Shown here piece after piece: positions 27,917-38,650 of a stretch of 64,000 bases of DNA (position 1 is its first letter; each line of letters starts with the position of its first letter). The DNA is from Candidatus Eremiobacteria bacterium (GTDB lineage Bacteria > Vulcanimicrobiota > Vulcanimicrobiia > Vulcanimicrobiales > Vulcanimicrobiaceae): assembly GCA_963737065.1 (NCBI GenBank), contig CAVTRC010000001.1:832001-896000 (forward strand), written 5' to 3'. The position numbers were made by a program, and so were the translations under genes. Under the pieces are notes generated by a model, which was not told where the DNA came from, did no database searches, and saw only the letters and a program-made list of their open reading frames with translations.

Positions 27917-29099
27917 ATGCGGGTCCTCTTCGTTCCACGCGACGACGCCGACCGGGTTTTCGGCGGCGACGTCGTCCAGATGCAGAAGACCGCCGAGGCG
28001 CTCCGCGACCTCGGCGTTCTCGTTGATGTGGGCTTTCCTGAACGAGCAGCGGCGGGTTACGATATCGTGCATCTCTGGACGAGCCTGCATTTTCCGGACA
28101 AACTTCGCACTCAACTCGATCGCCTCGCGGCTTGCGCGGATGTTCCGGTCGCCCTCTCGACGATTTGGGCGCCGCATCATCTCGTACGGTGGATGGATGC
28201 GGCACGCCGGTGGCTGTTTTCCCGCCACCCGAACGGTGCGCGGCTCTCGCTGCAAAACGCAAACAGCGATTTGAACGCGATCGCATCGCGCGCGCTCGAT
28301 TTTACGCTTGATGACGGCGAACGGCTGAGCGCATTTGCTCCGCACCCGTTTACCGCGCTGTGCCGCGACGTGCTTCGGCGCATCGGACGTTATTTTGCCC
28401 AACTCATGGATGGAGCTCCAAGCCATCTTCACGTACCTCGGCGATTTCGCCGCGCACGGCATCGTGCCTAATGCCGTGGATGCGCGCGATTTCGAAGTCG
28501 TGTCCGAACCCGATCTCCCGGCCGAGCTGCGCGCCGGCGACTATGCGCTCATGAGTGCGCGCTTCGACACACGCAAACAACAAGATTTCTTGATGCTTGC
28601 CGTCAAAGACCTCGATATTCCAATGGTCTTCGTCGGCGATGCAACGGACCAGGAAATCTTCACGCGAATGCGCGCGCTCGCGACAAACCGTCGCGCAGCC
28701 GTCTTTTATTATCCGTTTGTTCCGCACAGCCGGCTTCGCCATCTCTACGCCGCGGCGCGCGTGCACGTGCTGCCGAGCATCTTCGAATCGCCGGGACTCT
28801 CGTCGATGGAAGCGGCACTGCTCGACTGCGCGATCGTAGCGGGCAATCTCGCGTTTGAAAGCGAGTACTTTCAAGACGGCGCCTATTACTGCGATCCTTG
28901 CGATGCGTTTTCCATCAGAAACGCAGTCCGCGCCGCCTGGGACGGCTACGATGACGACGCACTGCGCCGCTTGACGCTCGCGCAACGCATCCGAACGCAG
29001 TACACCTGGCGACACGCAGCTGAAGCGACGCTTCGCGCCTATCGACGAAGCGCAATCAACGCGACGCCCGCGAGCGCAAAGGCGACGCCGAACCATTGA
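27917..29099 (+). CDS. glycosyltransferase family 4, broken by a 1-bp insertion near 28379
   Basis: GGDVVQ N-terminus; VILPNS and LPSIFESPGLSSMEA in a second frame. Confidence 0.8.
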
Positions 29100-29875
29100 A
29101 TCAGCCCAAGCCGCTCGCGCAACACGATGCGAGCAAGAGCGACCGTGCTGGCCGGATAAAGCGACGTTAAAACCGCCGCGATCGCAAGGGCCCCGTTGAA
29201 TGTCGCGAGCACGTACAGTACGTTTGCGGCCATATCGAGCGTCCCGGAGAGCAAAATTAAGGGTAACGCTGCGCGTTGGGGACGGAAATCGACGCGTGTA
29301 ACCGTTCCGAGCACGATGAGGAATATGACCGACGCGGCACTCGATGCGAACACCCCGTACATGCCGGACTCGCGGTGCGTGTGCGCAAGAAAGAGATAAA
29401 AGCCGCCGAGCGCAATCCCCGACGCAGCGGCCTCCTTCAAACCACGCGTCGAGAATTCGCGAATCCCGTCCTCGAACGAGATCGAAATCAAGACGATGGC
29501 AATGAGTGCGAGCAATATCCCCGCTAGTTGTTGCGGCACGAGCCGCTGGCCGAACGCGATCGACACAACGACCGGCGATGCGGCGGCTAAGACAGCCGTG
29601 ATGGGAGAGACGACGCCCATCTTTCCAATCGATAGAGCGTGATATAGCAGCGCGATTCCAACGCCGCCGCACAGACCCGCAAGAGCTCCCCACAGGAAAT
29701 CCGACGGGATCGCACGCGCCGAGACAAACGGCAAAGCGGTCGCGAGAACGGCGAGCCCGGCTGCGCGGGAAATCGCCGCGACGGCGACCACGGGCGTCCG
29801 CTTCGTCGCGAACCCGCCGCAGAAATCGGCGGCGCCGTAAAAGAACGCAGCGAGGAGACTCAAGCCTACTTCCAC
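29039..29875 (-). CDS. EamA/DMT family transporter
   Basis: about 10 TM helices; SLYPASTVALARIVLRERL. Confidence 0.9.
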   Translation of the reverse strand: MEVGLSLLAAFFYGAADFCGGFATKRTPVVAVAAISRAAGLAVLATALPFVSARAIPSDFLWGALAGLCGGVGIALLYHALSIGKMGVVSPITAVLAAASPVVVSIAFGQRLVPQQLAGILLALIAIVLISISFEDGIREFSTRGLKEAAASGIALGGFYLFLAHTHRESGMYGVFASSAASVIFLIVLGTVTRVDFRPQRAALPLILLSGTLDMAANVLYVLATFNGALAIAAVLTSLYPASTVALARIVLRERLGLIQWFGVAFALAGVALIALRR

Positions 29876-29966
29876 TTGCCCACTCTTCCCGAGGCGCGAC
29901 GATCGTCATTACCCCGGCTGCGCCGCCCGCAGCGGATGCGATCACTGGTGATGCGGACGCTACGCG

Positions 29967-31661
29967 CTACACTTCCATAACGATCGGAATCACGACGGGA
30001 CGACGCCTCGTGCGCGCGTGCACCGCGCGCGCGAGGGTGCCGCGAATGTGCTCTTTCACCGTGTTCACGTCCCGAATGCCTTCCACCGAAACTTCGGCGA
30101 TCGCATCGCGCAACTCGGAGCGCAGCTCGTCAAGTACTCCGTCGGATTCGGGAATGTAGAACACGCCCTTCGATACGAGGTCCGGCTCGCCGATGACGCG
30201 TGCTTCTTCCGAATCGATCGCAATGACGACGACCATGATACCGTCGTTGGAGAGCGCTTTGCGATCGCGAAGCACGGCCTCGCCGATGTCACCAATGCCG
30301 GTTCCATCGACGAGGACGTTTCCGCCGTACGTCTTGCCCACCTTATCGCCGTACTCACGCGTGAACTCGAGCACGTCGCCGTTCTCGACGACGAACACGT
30401 TGCCCGGCTCGACGCCCGTTTCGACGGCGAGTTTCCCGTGTTGTACGAGCATGCGGTACTCACCATGGATCGGCACGAAGAACTCCGGCCGCACGAGATT
30501 GAGCATGAGCAGCAGCTCCTCTTGCGATGCGTGCCCGGAAACGTGAGAGCGTCCGTCCGTTCCGTGAATCACCGTGGCGCCCAGTTTGCACAGGTTGTTG
30601 ATCGTCTTGTAGACGCTCTTCTCGTTCCCGGGAATCGGAGTCGCGCTGATTACGACGGTATCGCCCGGGACGATCTTGAATTTTTTGTGATCGCGCACCG
30701 ACATGCGGCTCAGTCCGCTCATTGGTTCGCCCTGCGAGCCGGTCGTTACGACGCAAACGCGTTCGGGCGGGTAGTTATCGACCTCTTCGATACGTATAAC
30801 GGTGTCGGGCGGTATGCGCAAATGGCCCAGTTCGCTCGCAAAGAGCACGACGTTCTGCATCGAACGGCCGAGAAACGCCACCTTCCGTCCAAAGCGGACG
30901 GCGTGATCGACCGCCTGCTGAATGCGAGGAACGTTCGACGCGAAAGATGCGATAACGATGCGTCCTTTCGCGCGTTGAAAGATCGACGTGAATGCTTCGC
31001 CGACGATCCGCTCGGAAAGCGTGTGCCCACGTCGCTCGGCGTTCGTCGAATCGGAGAGCATGAGCAGTACGCCGTCGTCGCCGACGCGCGCGATGCGCGC
31101 GAAGTCGGCCGGCTTATTGTCGATCGGCGTCTGATCGAACTTGAAATCGCCGGTGTGAAAAAGCATGCCGACCGGCGTGCGAAGCGCGAGTGCACATGCG
31201 CCGGCAACCGAGTGCGTGATGTGGATGAACTCCGTTTCAATCGAACCGTGTCGAACGCGGTCTCCCGGATTCACCGTGACGAATTCCATCGTTTCGAACT
31301 TGTGCTCGCGCGACTTCGCCTTGATGAGCGCAATCGAGAGTGGAGTTCCGACGACCGGCGTGTTCGGAAACTGTTTGAGAAAGTAGGGAATTCCGCCGAT
31401 GTGATCTTCGTGTCCGTGGGTGACGAGCACGGCGCGTAGCTTCTGCGCGCGTTCGCGAACGTAGGTGAAGTCATTGATCACCACGTCGACGCCGAACATC
31501 TCGTCGTCAGGAAACATGAGCCCACAGTCGACGACGACCAGATCGTCGTTCGTCTCGACGATCGTCATATTGCGCCCGATTTCACCGCATCCGCCCAGCG
31601 GGATGACGCGGGTATACGGCTCGTCCGGAGGCGCCGGAACGATGAGGGTGTCTTGGTTCAA
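29967..31661 (-). CDS. rnj: ribonuclease J
   Basis: PLGGCGEIGRN, THGHEDHIGG, TGSQGEP, HVSGHA. Confidence 0.96.
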   Translation of the reverse strand: MNQDTLIVPAPPDEPYTRVIPLGGCGEIGRNMTIVETNDDLVVVDCGLMFPDDEMFGVDVVINDFTYVRERAQKLRAVLVTHGHEDHIGGIPYFLKQFPNTPVVGTPLSIALIKAKSREHKFETMEFVTVNPGDRVRHGSIETEFIHITHSVAGACALALRTPVGMLFHTGDFKFDQTPIDNKPADFARIARVGDDGVLLMLSDSTNAERRGHTLSERIVGEAFTSIFQRAKGRIVIASFASNVPRIQQAVDHAVRFGRKVAFLGRSMQNVVLFASELGHLRIPPDTVIRIEEVDNYPPERVCVVTTGSQGEPMSGLSRMSVRDHKKFKIVPGDTVVISATPIPGNEKSVYKTINNLCKLGATVIHGTDGRSHVSGHASQEELLLMLNLVRPEFFVPIHGEYRMLVQHGKLAVETGVEPGNVFVVENGDVLEFTREYGDKVGKTYGGNVLVDGTGIGDIGEAVLRDRKALSNDGIMVVVIAIDSEEARVIGEPDLVSKGVFYIPESDGVLDELRSELRDAIAEVSVEGIRDVNTVKEHIRGTLARAVHARTRRRPVVIPIVMEV

Positions 31662-31718
31662 ATCTATCGCTTACTTTACGTGAAGGCGGGCGGAGGTATT
31701 GCCCGTCAGGAGGACACT

Positions 31719-32069
31719 ATGTTCAACGGATACCCCGTCTGCCCCGCGCTGACCTCGCTCGTGTTCCTGGTAAGCCTAGCTGTAATGCAGCCGGTGCCGA
31801 AGAAACCTCACGCGTGCAGCGACATTCATCGCCTGTATTCGCCACGACTGCTACGCGAGTTACGCGCGCGCCTGATGCTGGCTTACGCGCAGGCTCACGA
31901 GCGCCGCGCCGCGGCGATCGCCAAGGCGATTCGCAATCACACCTCCGTTCCCGAGGCGATAGAGGCCGGGGTTGCGCGTTCGCCGCAAAGCCGTACCGTC
32001 GATACGCAAGAAAGCGACGACCCCAAGCTGAAACATCTGCTTGCTTACGTCGCTATGAATTGCTTCTAG
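31719..32069 (+). CDS. hypothetical protein
   Basis: RBS AGGAGG before ATG 31719; no motif recognised. Confidence 0.55.
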   Translation: MFNGYPVCPALTSLVFLVSLAVMQPVPKKPHACSDIHRLYSPRLLRELRARLMLAYAQAHERRAAAIAKAIRNHTSVPEAIEAGVARSPQSRTVDTQESDDPKLKHLLAYVAMNCF

Positions 32070-32106
32070 CGATCCTTCGCGCGTATTGCGCTGGAGAGGT
32101 GTGCTG

Positions 32107-32829
32107 ATGGCCGTAAATTCCCGAGCACCGGAGGCGAATGCATTGAAGACGGTGCTCGACACGATGATCGCGCCGAAAGAGGCGTTCGAGTCACTTCGTG
32201 TCGTTCCGACGTGGGGCTGGGCGTTGGCGATCGCGATCGTCCTCTCCGCGATCGGTTCGTACCTCATGGTGCCCGCATTTCAACATGCGTTCGCGGCTGG
32301 CTGGCCCGATATGGTGTCGAGAACGCCCCGGATCGCGCAGCTGACGGCACAGCAGCAGCAAATGCAGCTGGCGTTTTCCCAGAAAATCTTCGAGTTTTCG
32401 TGGATGTTCGTCGTCGTTGCCGTACCGGTGCTCGTCTTGATCGATGCGGTCGTCATGCTGGTCTTCGACAAGCTCGGAAAAGGCGAGGGAACCTTCATAC
32501 AGTATTTTGCGGCTGCTTCTAATATAGCGGTGCCTCTTTCGCTCGGGCCGGTCATTACAGCGATCATCGTCATGCTCCGCGGTGCGAATAGCTTCGAATC
32601 GATGACAGCCGTGCAAAATGCGCTGCCGACACTCGCGCTTCTCGCGCCCGGCGGCTCGCCGAAACTCATAGCGTTTCTCTCGGCGATCACGCCGTTTTCA
32701 CTCTGGGCCACGGTCCTCGTCGCCGTGGCAATGTTGATTATCGGACGGACACCGAAACTTCAAGCGTGGCTCGCGGCCGTGCTTTTACTCGTCGTTCCGG
32801 CCTCGCTCGCAACGCTCGGCGCGCGCTAG
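32107..32829 (+). CDS. Yip1 family membrane protein
   Basis: APKEAFESL..P.W and PFSLW patterns; 5-6 TMs; ahead of efflux operon. Confidence 0.75.
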   Translation: MAVNSRAPEANALKTVLDTMIAPKEAFESLRVVPTWGWALAIAIVLSAIGSYLMVPAFQHAFAAGWPDMVSRTPRIAQLTAQQQQMQLAFSQKIFEFSWMFVVVAVPVLVLIDAVVMLVFDKLGKGEGTFIQYFAAASNIAVPLSLGPVITAIIVMLRGANSFESMTAVQNALPTLALLAPGGSPKLIAFLSAITPFSLWATVLVAVAMLIIGRTPKLQAWLAAVLLLVVPASLATLGAR

Positions 32830-34170
32830 GTGACGATTCCAGGCGTTTTGTTCGCTACCGCGATGAACTTAACCGACGCGGTCTCCTACGCGCTCGGTCA
32901 TAGCGCAGTCGTCGCTCAGAAAGTCGCCGCGCTAGCGCAGGCCGACCATTCGCTTGCGCAAGCGCGATACAACGCGTTTCCGCCGATCGCCGGTACGCTC
33001 TCGAATTACGTAAGCAAGAGTGCAAACTATGAAGGCACCTTCGGATTCGTCGGCGCGCACCAGCAGAACGTCTACAGCCAGAACACCGCGCAATTAGGAA
33101 CGACCTACACGCTCACGACGGGCGGTCTCGCCTTTCTTCAGCTTGCATCGTCGCGCGCGAGCGACGCACAAGCGCGCGAAGATCTTGCGAACACCGAAGA
33201 CTCGATCGCGACGACGGTCACGACGGCGTATTACACGGTGGTCCAAAACCAGGCCATCGTGACGGTTGACGAGTCGGACCTCCATTACCAAAACGTTCTC
33301 GTCGATGTTGCCAAGGCGAAGGAACGCGCGGGTGTGGTCGCGGGCGTCGACGTCTTGAAGGCGCAGGTCCAGCAGGCGAAGAGCGGCTCGAACCTCGTCG
33401 GCGCGCGCGCCGACGTCGACAACGCGCGCGAGCAGCTCGCGCACACGATCGGCGCCCCGCTCACGCAAACGTTCGCCTTTGCCAAGGAGATCGCCGCGCC
33501 GCAGTTGCCGAAAGGAACAATCGATCAGCTCGAGGCGATTGCAGTCAACGCGCGTCCCGATCTCAACGCCGCGCGTGAATCGCTCCTGGCGGCGCGATAC
33601 ACGCGTAAGGGGTGGAGTCGCGAGCTGTTTCCAACCGTTCAAATGACGGCTGCGATCGGCAACCAATTTGCTCCGACGACCGCCGGTCAGATCATCGGCC
33701 TCAATCCCAACGGAACGCCGATCGTCGTTCCACGCGGAACACCCGGGTTTTGGACGCTTACCGCGCAGAGCACGTTTACGCTGCCGTTCCTCGATTACGG
33801 GCAACGAAAGACCGAGCGGGAAGCCGATGACGCTCAGGTGGCGTCGGCGGCAGTCAACGTCGACCAAACACAGACGCAAGTGGAATTGGACGTTCGTCAG
33901 AACTACCGCGGTGCGCAGACCGCGCTCGCGCAGATGGATTATGCACGCGACGAATCGCGCTTGGGAACGGAATCGGCGCGTATCGCGCAGTTGCAGTATC
34001 AGCGCGGACTCATCGCCCTTGCGGACGTCATTCAAACGCAGCAGCAGTCCGTCGTCGCGCAATCCGATTTGGTGAACGCGCGCGTCAACTACGTGAACTC
34101 CATCATCAAACTGCGCGTCTCGCTTGGTATCTATGATGCGCGCAGCGCCGTCGCCGATCTAAGTCAATAA
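32830..34170 (+). CDS. TolC family outer-membrane efflux protein
   Basis: two OEP repeats (AYY...DVLKAQV; RPDL...FPT...YQRGLI). Confidence 0.9.
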   Translation: MTIPGVLFATAMNLTDAVSYALGHSAVVAQKVAALAQADHSLAQARYNAFPPIAGTLSNYVSKSANYEGTFGFVGAHQQNVYSQNTAQLGTTYTLTTGGLAFLQLASSRASDAQAREDLANTEDSIATTVTTAYYTVVQNQAIVTVDESDLHYQNVLVDVAKAKERAGVVAGVDVLKAQVQQAKSGSNLVGARADVDNAREQLAHTIGAPLTQTFAFAKEIAAPQLPKGTIDQLEAIAVNARPDLNAARESLLAARYTRKGWSRELFPTVQMTAAIGNQFAPTTAGQIIGLNPNGTPIVVPRGTPGFWTLTAQSTFTLPFLDYGQRKTEREADDAQVASAAVNVDQTQTQVELDVRQNYRGAQTALAQMDYARDESRLGTESARIAQLQYQRGLIALADVIQTQQQSVVAQSDLVNARVNYVNSIIKLRVSLGIYDARSAVADLSQ

Positions 34171-34183
34171 ACGAGGTCGAGAA

Positions 34184-35482
34184 TTGAAGCGCGCCCGTAA
34201 CGTCATCATCCTCGTCGCGGCCCTCGCAGCGATCGTCGCGGTTGCGGTCTTCCGTTCGCATCGCGGAGGCGATTCCGCAACGCCGGTCAAGATGCAGACG
34301 GTCCGCTATCAGCCGTTCACGGTGAAGTTGCCGGAGAACGGCGTCGTCCAACGTCCGACCACGGTCACGATTCCGACGCTCATCGCGGGCAATATCGGAG
34401 CGATTTTCGTTAAAGCCGGCGACCGCGTCAGCGCCGGCGAAGTTCTGGCGACGATCGACAATCCGACGCTGCAGTACAATGCTGCCGGTGCGCAGGCCGA
34501 CTATACGAATTCGGTCGCCAACGTGTCCACCGCGCGGGTCGACGAGCGTAATGCAAGAGTACAGTACCTCGGGCAGGTGCAGACGCAGCAATCCGCGCTC
34601 GCGGAAGCGAAGCGCATTTACAACGCGGACGTTGAACTTTTGAAGCAGCGCGCGATCGCGCGCACGACGGTAGACGCCGACAAAGCGAAACTCGATCAGG
34701 CACAGGTGGCCTACGATCAGGCCGTGGCGCAGCTGAAGCTTGGCGCGGTCTCCGGATACGGGATCAACAGCGTTCAAGCAGCGCAGGCAGCGGCTGAAAA
34801 AGCACGGATTCTCAATTCTCAAAATCAACAACAGCTCGCGTTCACCCGCATCACCGCGCCGTTTTCCGGCGTCATCCAAACGGTGGCGGCGCAACCAAAC
34901 GATGCGCTTCGCTCGCTCGAACCCGGCGATCCCGTCACCGCCGGTCAGCAGCTCTTCACGCTCTCTGCGGGCGAAGGCTACATCGTCAAGGCGCAAGTCG
35001 ACGAACAAGACGTCATCAACGTAAGAACCGGCCAACGAGCGAACGTCACCGGTGAAGATTTCCCCGGCCGGACGATCCCCGGCCGCGTTGCGCGCGTTGC
35101 GCCGGTGGCTGTTAAATCCACGGATGCGTCGAGCACCGCACGACAGGTCCTTACCACGATCGCGCTCGACGCCGATCCTGATTTTCTTCGTGACGGGATG
35201 AGCGCGGATATTGACATTTTAACGACCGATATCCCGCACGCGCTGACCGTTCCGAATGCGGCGATCGGCAAGGACGGGCAATCATCGTATGTCTTCGTGG
35301 TGCGCAAAGGTATTGCGAGAAAACGCACGGTGAAACTCGGCCAAGCAAACGATAGCGTTACGCTGGTGAAGAGCGGCGTCGCACCCGGGGACGTCATCGT
35401 AGCGGCTCTCCCAACGCCTGCGCTCGCTGACGGAACGAACGTGAAGCCGATGCCTTCACCGTCGCCCAATGCGTCTCCATGA
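34184..35482 (+). CDS. MacA-like periplasmic adaptor subunit
   Basis: VKAGDRV, ITAPFSG, VDEQD, LRDGMSA, LTVP motifs. Confidence 0.9.
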   Translation: MKRARNVIILVAALAAIVAVAVFRSHRGGDSATPVKMQTVRYQPFTVKLPENGVVQRPTTVTIPTLIAGNIGAIFVKAGDRVSAGEVLATIDNPTLQYNAAGAQADYTNSVANVSTARVDERNARVQYLGQVQTQQSALAEAKRIYNADVELLKQRAIARTTVDADKAKLDQAQVAYDQAVAQLKLGAVSGYGINSVQAAQAAAEKARILNSQNQQQLAFTRITAPFSGVIQTVAAQPNDALRSLEPGDPVTAGQQLFTLSAGEGYIVKAQVDEQDVINVRTGQRANVTGEDFPGRTIPGRVARVAPVAVKSTDASSTARQVLTTIALDADPDFLRDGMSADIDILTTDIPHALTVPNAAIGKDGQSSYVFVVRKGIARKRTVKLGQANDSVTLVKSGVAPGDVIVAALPTPALADGTNVKPMPSPSPNASP

Positions 35483-36672
35483 CACGAATCGTCGCGTATC
35501 TCGGCGAAGCGGTTGCGTCGCTCTGGCGCAATAAGGGGCGCTCTGCGCTGACGATGCTCGGCATGATCATCGGCACGTCGTCGATTATCGCTGTTTTCGG
35601 CTTGAGCAAAGGCGCAACGAGCGGCATCGAAGGAACGCTGAACTCGTTCGGTACCTTTCCGATCACCGTGCAAGTGGACACGTCACAAGATTATCCCGAT
35701 CGCGCGACACTTCGGTATAGCGATGCGGCACGCGTCGCTGCCGACCTTGGCGATCGCGTCCATGAAGTGCAGCCGAGCTGGACGCGGACCTGGAAAGTCA
35801 CGTACGGTACGACGAGTGATTATTACGCGGTTGGAACCGCCGGCATGTTCCAAGACGACTCGCTGGGAATGAGCGAGGGCCGCAAAATCGGCGGCGAAGA
35901 CGTCGCATCTGCAGCTCGCGTCGTCGCGATATCGCAGACGGTCGCAGACAAGTTTTTCCCGAACGGCAACGCGGTCGGTCACGTACTGACGATGAACGGC
36001 GACCGTTACCTCATCGTGGGAGTGTATGCACCGATAAAATCACCGCTGTTGACCTCGCTCGGCGGTTCGGATTTCATCGTGATTCCGTACAGCACGTTCT
36101 ATCGCGCGGTGAACGTTCCGCCGGATAGCCTTTCGATCTATCCGATGCCGGGCGTCGACGCCGATACACTTCGCGCGCCGATTACTGCGTCGCTGCAACA
36201 CGTGCACGGCCCGCAAGCGCAATACGAAATTATCGACGGCGCGGGCGCGCTCCGAGCTTTCGACAATGTGCTCAATATCGCGGGGACGGGCTTAGCCGCA
36301 ATCGGCACCGTCGCACTCATCGTCGCAGGCATCGGCATTATGAACATCATGCTCGTCACGGTCACGGAACGCACGCGCGAAATCGGCCTGCGCAAATCGA
36401 TCGGTGCAAGCCGCGCCGATATCATGCTGCAGTTTTTGATGGAGTCGATCGTGCTTGCACTCCTGGGCGGCGGCACCGGCATGGCTTTCGGCCTGCTCTT
36501 CACCATCGGCGGCGCGGAATTGATCAGCCGGCAGTTGGGTGATGTCGTGATCCCGTACGTACTCGTCGTAGCGCTCGCGCTCGGTTTTTCGATTGCCGTC
36601 GGTATGATCTTCGGCGTTTATCCGGCGTTTCGCGCCGCTGCCATGGATCCGATCGAAGCGCTTCGATCATGA
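35479..36672 (+). CDS. MacB/FtsX-type ABC permease
   Basis: RSALTMLGMIIG, GIMNIMLVTVTERTREIG, DPIEALR. Confidence 0.93.
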   Translation: MTRIVAYLGEAVASLWRNKGRSALTMLGMIIGTSSIIAVFGLSKGATSGIEGTLNSFGTFPITVQVDTSQDYPDRATLRYSDAARVAADLGDRVHEVQPSWTRTWKVTYGTTSDYYAVGTAGMFQDDSLGMSEGRKIGGEDVASAARVVAISQTVADKFFPNGNAVGHVLTMNGDRYLIVGVYAPIKSPLLTSLGGSDFIVIPYSTFYRAVNVPPDSLSIYPMPGVDADTLRAPITASLQHVHGPQAQYEIIDGAGALRAFDNVLNIAGTGLAAIGTVALIVAGIGIMNIMLVTVTERTREIGLRKSIGASRADIMLQFLMESIVLALLGGGTGMAFGLLFTIGGAELISRQLGDVVIPYVLVVALALGFSIAVGMIFGVYPAFRAAAMDPIEALRS

Positions 36673-37868
36673 TGTACTTCGAAGAAGCAGTGCGCATGCT
36701 GCTCGGAAATCCCGTGCGAACGCTGTTGACGATAATCGGACTCATTATCGGCGTCGGTGCCGTCATCAGCATCGAGGTGCTCGGACACAGCATGGCCGGT
36801 TCGATCAGCGAGACGCTCGGCGCGCTTGCGGACAACTCGTTCATCATTTATCCCGGAACGATGCAGGGCGATTTTCAACGAGCGGCGATCCGTCTTCCCG
36901 ATCTCGACGCAATCAAAGCGACGGTTCCGAACATCGCGTCCGCCACACCGGTCGGAGGCGTAACCGAACTGGTCCGTTACGCGCACAATCAAGGACGTTT
37001 CTTTTTGACGTCCGATTCCAATCCGCCGTTTGCGAATCAGCCGCTAGCATACGGACGGATCCTCAACGACCGCGACATCGCTAGCGCGATCGATGTCGCG
37101 GTCATCAGCTGGAAGGCGTACAACCGGCTGTTTCCGAACGGCGGCGATCCGACGGGATCGAGCATTTATGCGAGCACGCACCGCTACGTCGTAATCGGCG
37201 TTCGCGCGCAGCCACGCCAGGGTGCATTGAACGTGACGTTTGGCGGTGACGTGTCGATTCCGTACACGACGTTCATCCGTGAATACGTTCACGGGAATCG
37301 AATCCTCGCCGCGCGCTTCACCGTGAACGATACGTCGACGCTTCCGCAGACCGAAACGGCGGTGATCAGCCGGATTCGCGAGCTGCGCCAAGTTGGTCCG
37401 GACGTCCGGTACCAGGCATTCGACAAGGCCAGTTTTACGGAAGGTATCAATGGCGTCTTTACGGCGGTAACGATCGTTGTTGCACTGATCGGCGCCGTTT
37501 CTCTCCTCGTCGCGGGCATCGGCGTGATGAACATCATGCTGGTCTCGATCACCGAGCGCACCAAAGAGATCGGCACGCGAAAGGCCATCGGTGCGCGTCG
37601 CGGACAGATCCTCGCGCAGTTCTTCATCGAATCGCTGATGTTGAGCAGCATCGGCTGCTTTGTCGGCATGGCGATCGGCTTGGGGATCGGAGGGTTCGTC
37701 AACAGCGTGTTCATCGTGAAGTTGACCGGATATACCGCACCGCTGCCGTACCTGCAGGCCGTAGGAATTACTGCAGTATTTGCCGCGTTCGTAACGCTGG
37801 TCTTCGGAACGTATCCCGCGCTGCGCGCAGCCGGACTCGATCCGATCGAGGCGCTGCGCTATGAATAA
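36669..37868 (+). CDS. MacB/FtsX-type ABC permease (second paralog)
   Basis: GVMNIMLVSITERTKEIG, DPIEALRYE. Confidence 0.93.
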   Translation: MMYFEEAVRMLLGNPVRTLLTIIGLIIGVGAVISIEVLGHSMAGSISETLGALADNSFIIYPGTMQGDFQRAAIRLPDLDAIKATVPNIASATPVGGVTELVRYAHNQGRFFLTSDSNPPFANQPLAYGRILNDRDIASAIDVAVISWKAYNRLFPNGGDPTGSSIYASTHRYVVIGVRAQPRQGALNVTFGGDVSIPYTTFIREYVHGNRILAARFTVNDTSTLPQTETAVISRIRELRQVGPDVRYQAFDKASFTEGINGVFTAVTIVVALIGAVSLLVAGIGVMNIMLVSITERTKEIGTRKAIGARRGQILAQFFIESLMLSSIGCFVGMAIGLGIGGFVNSVFIVKLTGYTAPLPYLQAVGITAVFAAFVTLVFGTYPALRAAGLDPIEALRYE

Positions 37869-38574
37869 CGGCTACGTGCACCCGGCAATTGTTCTAAGCG
37901 CAATCACGAAAACGTATAAGACCGGCGTGCTTGAAGTTCCCGTCTTGCACGGCATCGATCTGACCGTGCAGCGCGGGGAATACGTCGCGATCATGGGGCC
38001 GTCCGGATCCGGCAAGTCGACGTTGATGAACATCATCGGCTGCCTGGATCGTGCGACGAGCGGAACGTACGTGCTCGACGCCGAGGACGTTTCCGGCCTG
38101 AGTGACAATGCGCTGGCGGAAATCCGCTTGAAGAAACTCGGGTTCGTTTTTCAAGGCTTCAATCTGCTCGCTCGAACCGACGCGCTGAAAAACGTGGCGC
38201 TGCCGCTGTTTTATGCGGGGCTGCGTGGGCGGGAACGCCAACGCCGCGCAATGCAGGTGCTCGACGAAGTCGGCTTGACCGACCGCGCGCATCACAAGCC
38301 GAGCGAGCTTTCCGGCGGCCAGCAACAGCGCGTCGCGATCGCGCGCGCGCTGATCAACGATCCGGCCGTGCTCCTCGCCGACGAGCCCACCGGAAACCTC
38401 GACACGAAAACCAGCGCGGACATCATGTCGCTGTTCGATAAACTGCACGAGGGCGGCCGGACCATCCTGATGGTCACCCACGACGAAGCGATCGCGCGGC
38501 GGGCGCGCCGGATCATCCGGTTGCTGGACGGCCTCATCGTCGCGGACGAACGTTCCTCTCTAACCGTCCCTTAA
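37861..38574 (+). CDS. ABC transporter ATP-binding protein (LolD/MacB-like)
   Basis: GPSGSGKST, LSGGQQQR, ADEPTGNLD. Confidence 0.95.
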   Translation: MNNGYVHPAIVLSAITKTYKTGVLEVPVLHGIDLTVQRGEYVAIMGPSGSGKSTLMNIIGCLDRATSGTYVLDAEDVSGLSDNALAEIRLKKLGFVFQGFNLLARTDALKNVALPLFYAGLRGRERQRRAMQVLDEVGLTDRAHHKPSELSGGQQQRVAIARALINDPAVLLADEPTGNLDTKTSADIMSLFDKLHEGGRTILMVTHDEAIARRARRIIRLLDGLIVADERSSLTVP

Positions 38575-38602
38575 GGAAGCCGCGTAACCCTAGGTGCGTC
38601 AA
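38575..38602 (+). promoter_or_regulatory. possible ECF-sigma promoter upstream of htrA
   Basis: GGAAG-N17-CGTCAA. Confidence 0.3.
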
Positions 38603-38650
38603 AGCAGTAGCGGGTAGTATAAAGAACCAGTACCCGCACAACGTAGGAGA

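Noticed and set aside
29876..29966. riboswitch upstream of the EamA transporter
   Set aside because: Only generic GC-rich pairing, with no recognisable aptamer consensus on the minus strand.
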